Origin: Ascoidea asiatica JCM 7603
Lineage: Eukaryota > Fungi > Ascomycota
Direction: 5' to 3'
Length of the DNA stretch: 6,244 bases
Assembly: GCA_001600695.1 (NCBI GenBank)
Contig: BCKQ01000010.1
Span: forward strand, 711,290 to 717,533
A program made the position numbers and the translations under genes. Position 1 is the first letter of the stretch, and each line of letters opens with the position of its first letter. Positions 1 to 6,244 of this stretch are shown here, one piece after another. The notes beneath the pieces are model-generated. The model did no database searches, was not told the origin of the DNA, and was given only the letters and a program-made list of their open reading frames with translations.

Positions 1-1
1 A

Positions 2-1376
2 AAGGAAGTCCGATATAAAGGAAGTTTAGAGATAAAAAATCATAGTAAGAGGTTGCAGTATTGTTGAATCAATTCCAAATACTTTAATACAGTTGATGAA
101 AAAATTGATATATTAAAATGAGCTGAATTAATAAAAGCAAACACTGTTTCATTTTTGAATTGATTATTGTCTGAAAGTTTGTTGAAAAATATTACTTTTG
201 ATAAGATTAAGAATTTATTATATTTAAGAATAGTGGTCCTAATTTTTAAGTAAACATTAGCAAGTATTCTGAATTAAATTAATTCATCATTCAGATTATG
301 ATATAAGAAATCAAAATTAAAGTTACTACTATATTATTAAACTGATTTAAGATAAATTATCAATGAATGGAATATAGAAGTTTAAATTCATTTTGGATAT
401 AATGGACATGAGTTAAGGATGAATGAACTTTAATTTAATTTTGCTTTGCTTAATTTATTAATTGAAATAAGCTGCATTATTAAAAGTTTTATAATGTACT
501 GAAGCCAAGTAAATTTATCAATAAGAGAAACATTGACATGTGGGTGAAGATAAATTAAGAAACTAAGAATGATTGATTGATTAATGATATTAATCATACT
601 AATCATATTGATGATATTAATCATATTAATGATATTAATGATATTAATGATATTAATGATATTAAAGGATTAATTATATCAAATATCATTTAATGGATTT
701 TAAAAAATGAATTTGGTATTAGATAATTATGATTATAACTTGAATGAAGTTATATTAAAGAAATGAATTCAATTGTTGATGATGCTACTTTAATGGAATA
801 GAAGCTTGAAGGACCAATGAAAGTAATATGAATTATTATCTTTTGTTGTAATTTGAATAAAGGATTAATTCTAATATATAAGTGCGCTTATTATTCTTTG
901 AAACATCTTTTTCAAGAGATATAACTGACTATTGGTTATTATTTTTTATTTCTTAATAAAGCTTCCATTGATAAATAATTATTATTAGTGTGATGTTAGT
1001 GGATTATAAGTTATTGAATTGGAATATTATTTAAATTGATTATTAAAATGGGAATTGAAATGAAATTAAAATTGAAATGAAAAGTTTTAAGGCATATAAG
1101 GAATCGTGGTGATTAGCTTTAATATAAGAATCTTAATTTAAGTTAATGAATAATGATATATTTGATTTTCGAAATTGGATTCATTCATCTGATTATATTG
1201 TATTAATTAACTTATATTGATATGATTAATAAGAATATCATTGTTATTGTTTATTGGATTTTTGCTGATGTACTTCTTTTAACTTCGGTTTTTGATTTAT
1301 TAGGAGCCCCAAATGGGAGAAAAATACTACAAAAGTAAGAACTGTTGCTGCTTTCAATGCTTATAATAATGAATGA
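2..1376 (+). pseudogene. Gene A: 5'-truncated hypothetical protein (~457 codons) with many in-frame stops readable as Gln/Arg; pseudogene or recoded/edited gene
   Basis: Hand translation uses frame 2-223, then 226-810, then 813-1376, with -1 shifts at ~223-225 (TTT run) and ~810. It gives e.g. KEVRYKGSLEIKNHSKRLQYC(R)INSKYFNTVDEKIDILK(R)AELIKANTVSFLN(R)LLSESLLKNITFDKIKNLLY..., ...EFGIR(Q)L(R)L(Q)LE(R)SYIKEMNSIVDDATLME(Q)KLE... and ...FIRSPKWEKNTTKVRTVAAFNAYNNE. Hand count: ~24 TAA/TAG and ~17 TGA in frame, against 1 CAA, 2 CAG and 2 CGA; TGG codons are retained. Stop density is close to random for this base composition, so frame choice rests on protein-likeness and is uncertain. The true end (1376 or slightly later) is ambiguous. 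Confidence 0.5.
580..665 (+). repeat. 9-bp tandem repeat, consensus ATTAAT(G/C)AT, ~9.5 copies, in frame within gene A (Ile-Asn-Asp/His repeats)
   Basis: Units start at 580, 589, 598 (ACTAATCAT), 607 (ATTGATGAT), 616, 625, 634, 643 and 652, with a partial unit at 661. The last four full units are identical ATTAATGAT. Confidence 0.95.
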
Positions 1377-1424
1377 ATTTAATAATGATTGATCATATTT
1401 TATTAAATCATTATTATTTATTTA

Positions 1425-2188
1425 TTATTCCAATAATCCCAATTCAGTTTCAAAATAAACCTTTTTCGTGGTGTTTTTTTACTATTGTTTATTTTATGTT
1501 GCTTGTTAAGGCAATTTCTTCCGTGGTTGCAGCTGCACAGAACGCCAAAAGTAAAAACAAACCTTTATTTTTGTTTTGTTTTGATTTCTACTTTCTTTGA
1601 ATTCTGCTTTCTTCCTTTGTTTTGTGGTTTCTGTTCATTTTCTTATTTTTTTTTCAATGAATGTCTCAGATCAAAGTGACGGTTACTAGGAAACTTAAAA
1701 GAAATAATTCATTTGTTCAGTCAAAAGTAAGGCTTTCAATAAATATTTCTTTAATTTTTTAAGTTTGTGCTTTTTTTCTTCATTCTTCTTAATTTCTTTT
1801 AATATCAACCAATCATCCAATAAATCAGTCATTAATTCAAATTATGAATAATCTTTTTTAACTACTTTAGAACTTCTGACCTTCTTTTTGTGCTTTTTAT
1901 TTATAATCTCTCTTATATTGCTATATGTTGTCATTTTATTTCAACTTCCCTTTTCCTCTTTAATTCAATTATGAAGTCTTTTTCTTATATAATATCTTTT
2001 TTTCTTTTTCTTTCATTTTCAAAAGTGGGGTTAAAATCAATTCAAATTACTTATTTTTATGAACTTTTCTAATATAAATGAAGATTAACGTAAATTAAAA
2101 ACTCTAAGAGAAAAATATGAGAGTTAATGTTTTTATTTAAAGAATTGTGGGCTTTACAATTTAAAAAGAAATATCATTACAATTACAT
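1425..2188 (-). pseudogene. Gene D: Lys/Glu/Arg-rich hypothetical protein with in-frame stops readable as Gln/Arg
   Basis: The minus strand is purine-rich (plus strand 1741-2040 has ~47 C vs ~19 G by hand count). Best reading: ...IDFNPTFENERKRKKDII(Q)EKDFIIELKRKREVEIK, a -1 shift at the A-run ~1934-1937, then MTTYSNIREIINKKHKKKVRSSKVVKKDYS(Q)FELMTDLLDDWLILKEIKKNEEKKHKLKKLKKYLLKALLLTEQMNYFF...KKVYFETELGLLE*. The start (ATG 2188) and the frame of the 3' part are uncertain. Confidence 0.35.
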
Positions 2189-2242
2189 TTTAAAGCAAAA
2201 TCTGCTATTAACTTGATAATTTGAATTTATTACTCAATCAAA

Positions 2243-3265
2243 ATGTCTTTTGAATAATCTTTCAATCATCAATTAACAATTAATAAAAATAATATCACTT
2301 AAAAATGTTTTTCTGAAGCTAAAAATATTTAAGAATTTAGAAAGCTCTTTTGTTATAATATACGCAGGTTGAAGAGAAGTAATTAAATTGGTTTGAAATT
2401 TTATTTGGCGTTTAAATACTTTTTTTTGCTTTAAGGGGTGCTACAGAAATACAAATTTAAATATAAATGGGCTTTAGATATAAATCATATCAGTCTTGAA
2501 TTAATTGAAAAACTAAAATGGGATATAGTCTGAGAATGTATCAAAATTTAAATTTGAGCAACTATTTAAGAGCTAAAGGTTTTAATTCGAATATATCAAT
2601 CTTATGTTAAAAAATCATAAGATGATCTAGAAAATAAACTAGAATAATAATCATTTCAACTTATATTCATATACAAATTTGGATAGAAAGTCAATTATAA
2701 AGTCACGGCAAACCAGTTCTTCAGGCTCCTTAAATAATAGTGAATCTTTATTTAGAATCTTATTTTCGGCAAGTGGTGATGATATTCAAGAAACAAAACT
2801 TAACCAGAAAAGGAAAAACAAGTAGAACTAGGAAACGCAAAGGAAAAAGACGATAAGAAAAGGTGAGCTTGAAGTTAAAAATCCAATAGCTACAGAATAT
2901 TCTCGGGAGATAGTAATGCAGATAAATTTGCTAATGATTGTGATAGTTTAAGTGACTGCTAAAAAAAAGTGAAATTGAAATAAGCATAATTAAGCTAATA
3001 TAACAAAAGATTGTAGGATAGAATTCTATTCCTATATGATAGACATTTTACACGATAACGTAATGAATTGCCAATATGTGAAGCTCATTTTATCATTACT
3101 AATATAAATTACATTACCAATTGCAATTTTGTCAGTGCTGCATCTGGTTTTATTTGGTGTTTTTGTGCTAGTTATACTACTGCTAATACTCAAATTAGTA
3201 AACAAGGATGTGCCTGTATGACTAGCAAAGGAATATCATGAAAATCAAAATGCTACAAGCCATGA
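2243..3265 (+). pseudogene. Gene E: hypothetical protein with a Cys-rich C-terminus and in-frame stops readable as Gln/Arg
   Basis: ATG 2243 lies in a caaaATGTCT context. It reads MSFE(Q)SFNHQLTINKNNIT(Q)KCFSEAKNI(Q)EFRKLF...KYKWALDINHISLELIEKLKWDIV(R)ECIKI(Q)I(R)ATI(Q)ELKVLIRIYQSYVKKS(Q)DDLENKLE... The same frame has a 60-codon stop-free stretch at 3059-3238 (RNELPICEAHF...GFIWCFC...GCACMTSKGIS). The middle (~2640-2905) may instead run in a shifted frame (SYTNLDRKSIIKSRQTSSSGSLNNSESLFRILFSASGDDIQETK). Confidence 0.5.
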
Positions 3266-3354
3266 ACAATAATTTTATTCATATGTTTTTTTGAATATTT
3301 TTCTTATGATATTCTTTTACTTGCATTTTTGTGATTTCAATGAAAAACTGAAAG

Positions 3355-4962
3355 ATGCCAAAAATCGAAACTTAATCAAATTTAAATCAAACTTTATTTC
3401 AATCTTCAATTATCCAAATAGGACCACCTTACAAATTTAGATCAAACTTGAATTTAAGCATATTAAAAAAGTTTGAAATTAATGGGAAACTCAGTTTTTC
3501 AAATTGTCTGCAAACTAAAATTCTTGTGTCAGACTCATAGAGCAAAATTGAGGATTATCCATACATATTTTCAAAGGTTTGTTTTCCAATAAAATACCAT
3601 TTGTTGAGCTTATATTTGGCAATGCTAGTAAATATTTTGATATGTTACCTCCTCAATTATTAGTAATTGTATTCCAATGAAAAGCAGAATTTGTTGCATT
3701 TTGGTAATTAATCCTTACACGTTATCATTAGCAAAAGCTTAGCCAAGATATTGGGCCGTAGTCTCCGATTTTCGATTTTGTGATTGTTCGACATGAATTT
3801 GCACCGGGGTCCTATAATTGGGATGCGTAGATTTTTAGGTGACTTTTGCCACTTTCGCTGATAATTTCTGAATAATGAATTTTTAATGAAAACAGAAAAA
3901 ATACTAATTACCCCCGGAATTCAACTGAACGTTTTAAAATTTTCGTAGGCACTACTTTAGACAAATCCCAATACGGTAACTCAAAATTTCCGGAATATCC
4001 ATTTTAATAAAATAAAGTTTTGGTTTTGGAAAAGATGCTTTTAATCACAGCTGTACAAGTCTGCGTTTTCATGTGCTTAAAAAAGTTAGTATTGAACAAA
4101 AAAGTTACGTTTTGAAAATTTGCTTTATTTATGAACAAATCAACTTAGCTAAAAAGAGAAATTTGGTCGCAATTGTTACCGGAAATGATTATGAATTATG
4201 ACCAGAAGCGTAAATTTAGAAAAATGTTCGAACGTCCATGTGACTTTGCCATTGATAAGTTCTCAACGATATGTTTTCAGCGTTAAAATATTATGTAGGG
4301 TTATTTAGATTTTTGTTGGCGTCCACAAACGTTGTCAAAAACGGAGACCCTGTATAAACAGAACAATGGAATGCTCGTGCAGCTGAGACTAAAGGTCGGA
4401 ATGTTTTTTCACTCGATGAAACAAAACTAGTGTACAGACCCGATAATAAAGGCTAAAATCACTAGTAAATTAAAATATAAGTCTTAAAATATATTTTTTC
4501 ATCATTGTTTTATTATTGATAAGTAAAATTAAAAAGTACTTATGAGAATATTCCCAATTACTAAAAAGTATCATAATCTTAATAATTTAATCTGAAATGG
4601 TTTCCGATTAATTTGCTCAAGAATAATATTGAATTCTGTTAACTTCTAAGATTTAACAAGTTTTCAAATTTTAATCTTTTACTTCCAGTATGTCAAGAAA
4701 TCAATAAAATATTAATAAATGATTATATTCCCAAAGCCAAAAAGAAGAGAATAAATACATTTATTTTTAAGATAATTGAATTGAAACTTTTAATTTTTTA
4801 TTGATTTAGTAAGATTCTATTAATAAGTGTATTACTCAGTTAATTTAAATTGCTAAGAATATTAAATATTTTAGCTATCGCACAAAATAGGAAAGGTTTG
4901 TTATGGTTCGGACCTTGTAGCTACTTCTTTCTGGAACCATTGAAACCGCAACAGTATTGTAA
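3355..4962 (+). pseudogene. Gene B: hypothetical protein (~535 codons if read through) with in-frame stops readable as Gln/Arg; best-preserved member of the cluster
   Basis: MPKIET(Q)SNLNQTLFQSSIIQIGPPYKFRSNLNLSILKKFEINGKLSFSNCLQTKILVSDS(Q)SKIEDYPYIFSK / GLFSNKIPFVELIFGNASKYFDMLPPQLLVIVFQ(R)KAEFVAFW(Q)LILTRYH(Q)QKLSQDIGP(Q)SPIFDFVIVRHEFAPGSYNWDA(Q)IFR(R)LLPL... / GFGKDAFNHSCTSLRFHVLKKVSIEQKSYVLKICFIYEQINLAKKRNLVAIVTGNDYEL(R)PEA(Q)I(Q)KNVRTSM(R)LCH(R)(Q)VLNDMFSALKYYVGLFRFLLASTNVVKNGDPV(Q)TEQWNARAAETKGRNVFSLDETKLVYRPDNKG. It needs -1 shifts at 3573-3575 (AAA), 4018-4021 (TTTT) and ~4764-4770. Coding periodicity in 4022-4453 by hand count: G at codon positions 1/2/3 is about 42/25/19. The core 3355-4453 is well supported; the extension to 4962 is tentative. 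Confidence 0.7.
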
Positions 4963-4993
4963 GGTCAAAAGACATTCAAAATATTGTTTTTAT

Positions 4994-5030
4994 ATTTGGT
5001 GATTGGGCGCTAAATATTGTGGTTGGCGCT
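4994..5030 (+). promoter_or_regulatory. Putative promoter element upstream of gene C: imperfect direct repeat GTG(A/G)TTGG(G)CGCT containing a reverse CCAAT box
   Basis: GTGATTGGGCGCT (4999-5011) and GTGGTTGGCGCT (5019-5030) form a GC-rich island in AT-rich DNA, ~170-200 nt before ATG 5199. ATTGG at 5002-5006 is CCAAT on the minus strand. Confidence 0.4.
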
Positions 5031-5198
5031 TAAGTGTATTTCAACAAAGAACTAAATATTTTGAAATTTGATTTGAATTTTATATCTCTTTTTATCAATT
5101 TTTCCCTTTAATACTTTTAGTTTATTTTAGAAATGATTATAAGTTTGACTTTTATACATTGTTTTTCAAGCTAATAGGCAGTAAAAACTAACATTAAA

Positions 5199-6085
5199 AT
5201 GACAATTGAAATCAATGAACTCCATTCAAAATGTTTCATATTATGTGCTGTTTCCTTAATCAGTGTAATTGCTATCAGGGTGGTTCCTCTGCTTCTTGCA
5301 CCAAATAGAAGCTTTACTACCTTTAGAAATACTTTTACCCCATTATTTGGAGCTGGCAGTTTAGCTCGGGTACCATTTCTAATGATTATACCTTGGATTT
5401 CAGTCTTATCTTTTTTAGATCAATATCCATTTAAAGACGCATTTTCAGCGTTTGAAAGTTTGTTATTTATAATGGTTATTACTATTCTTTATATACCCAA
5501 TGGTTTGGTGGGTTTGTGTATAAGCTTGTTGATAATAATTTAATTTCAAATATTATCAGTTTCAGACAACTTAACATAGAGGAAATGGTACCTTCCATCT
5601 GCGAATGGGGGCCACTACTAAGACGGTTTACCAATGAAACCTTTTATGTATCATTTCCTCTTTTCACCTCACAAATAATTAATTTCTGTTTAATGGTATA
5701 TTTAGTAATACTAGCATTCTTGAGTAATTAAAAGAAACACACAATTAGCTCTTGTTTTAGTGTTCCTGGCCTTATACTTTATTCCATACTATTATGACGA
5801 AACAATGTTGATGATGATGAGACCCTTTGTTATAATGGCTGAATCTTCTAATCAGTTTCAAGAATTAGAACAAAAAAATAATAAAGAAATGGAAGTAAAA
5901 CACAATCAGGAAATTGAAAATAAACATGAGGAAGTAATTGGAAATGCAATTGGCAAAATACTTTCAAAAGATTTGAAACCGAAAATTTTGAAGAATCAGT
6001 GCTTAAAAAACTTAATGGTAAAAATGCCAATGTTTTTCACTCTCGTTTAACTGATCAAGATACATTTAAAACCGATACTGGTTGA
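5199..6085 (+). CDS. Gene C: hypothetical multi-pass membrane protein (~295 aa) split by three single-base frameshifts (sequencing errors or recent pseudogenisation)
   Basis: Three supplied ORFs (5199-5543, 5516-5731, 5760-6050) join into one protein: MTIEINELHSKCFILCAVSLISVIAIRVVPLLLAPNRSF...KDAFSAFES [-1 at TTT 5459-5461] VIYNGYYYSLYTQWFGGFVYKLVDNNL...SICEWGPLLRRFTNETFYVSFPLFTSQIINFCLMVYLVILAFL [+1 at ~5723] VIKRNTQLALVLVFLALYFIPYYYDETMLMMMRPF...IGKILSK [-1 at AAAA 5966-5969] RFETENFEESVLKKLNGKNANVFHSRLTDQDTFKTDTG* (TGA 6083-6085). It has several hydrophobic segments, a charged C-terminal tail and no internal stops. If the third shift is not real, the end is 6050. Confidence 0.75.
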
Positions 6086-6221
6086 AAGTAATTGGTAAAA
6101 GATTATAATCAAAAGTGATAAATAGCATTTTAAAACCTTTCCGGTTAGCATTATCACTTTGTATATGATTATTAAAATTATATTTAGCAACAATTAAAAA
6201 TCCATTAATTGTGATCATAAC

Positions 6222-6236
6222 AAAAAAAAAAAAAAA
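6222..6236 (+). repeat. A15 homopolymer tract
   Basis: 15 consecutive A, ~136 nt after the inferred gene C stop. Confidence 0.9.
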
Positions 6237-6244
6237 GATAATTA

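Noticed and set aside
430-624. Supplied minus-strand ORF MINIINMISMINIIN...
   Set aside because: Antisense shadow of the 9-bp repeat and gene A; low complexity.
661-1100. Resemblance to the C-terminus of RNase H-containing non-LTR retroelements (IKGLI...; V(R)C(Q)WIISY)
   Set aside because: The second motif lies in a frame I judge less likely after ~813, and no RT, RNase H or zinc-knuckle motif is visible.
1265-1320. Minus-strand PFGAPNKSKTEVKRSTS, reminiscent of a MULE-type C-terminal motif
   Set aside because: Short, not in a supported frame, and overlaps the better plus-strand reading FIRSPKWEK.
1373-2072. Supplied plus-strand Phe/Leu-rich ORFs (1373-1600, 1485-1679, 1890-2072)
   Set aside because: Their composition is the antisense image of the Lys/Glu-rich minus-strand frame D.
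3014-3034. Near-palindrome TAGGATAGAATTCTATTCCTA
   Set aside because: AT-rich, inside frame E, and plausible by chance.
4903-4940. ATGGTTC...GAACCAT inverted repeat with internal GTAGCTAC palindrome
   Set aside because: Only a 7-bp stem; no tRNA or terminator architecture.
1-4962. Classical two-strand RIP or simple CpG methylation decay as the sole cause
   Set aside because: TpG (TGG, ATG, TGT) is retained and gene B keeps many CpGs; not fully excluded without a homolog alignment.
5848-6030. Supplied minus-strand 60-aa ORF
   Set aside because: Antisense to the charged C-terminal part of gene C.
1-6244. Genome-wide ciliate code (table 6, 27 or 28) or Mycoplasma/mitochondrial TGA = Trp code
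   Set aside because: Gene C uses only CAA/CAG for Gln; table 6 leaves many in-frame TGA, table 4 leaves many TAA/TAG, and TGA = Trp gives implausible Trp content.

Overview
Very AT-rich, gene-dense window, probably eukaryotic. It gives an impression of early-diverging or arbuscular mycorrhizal fungal DNA, which I cannot verify. The supplied ORF track misses most of the coding content. By hand, about 1-4960 reads as four tightly packed, apparently intronless reading frames: A (+, <1-~1376), D (-, ~2188-1425), E (+, 2243-~3265) and B (+, 3355-~4962). All are full of in-frame TAA/TAG/TGA codons, and they give plausible proteins if each is read as its C-starting counterpart (CAA/CAG = Gln, CGA = Arg). 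In the best-preserved part (B, 3355-4453) codon periodicity is intact and other C-containing codons, including CpG ones, are retained, so the T-for-C substitution looks concentrated on stop-creating sites. The neighbouring gene C (5199-6085, membrane protein) has no internal stops and uses CAA/CAG normally, so this is not a genome-wide code change. Candidate explanations are element-specific stop recoding, U-to-C RNA editing, or sense-strand-specific cytosine deamination. All five frames also need single-base frameshifts, mostly at homopolymers, which suggests long-read indel errors. No protein family could be identified with confidence.
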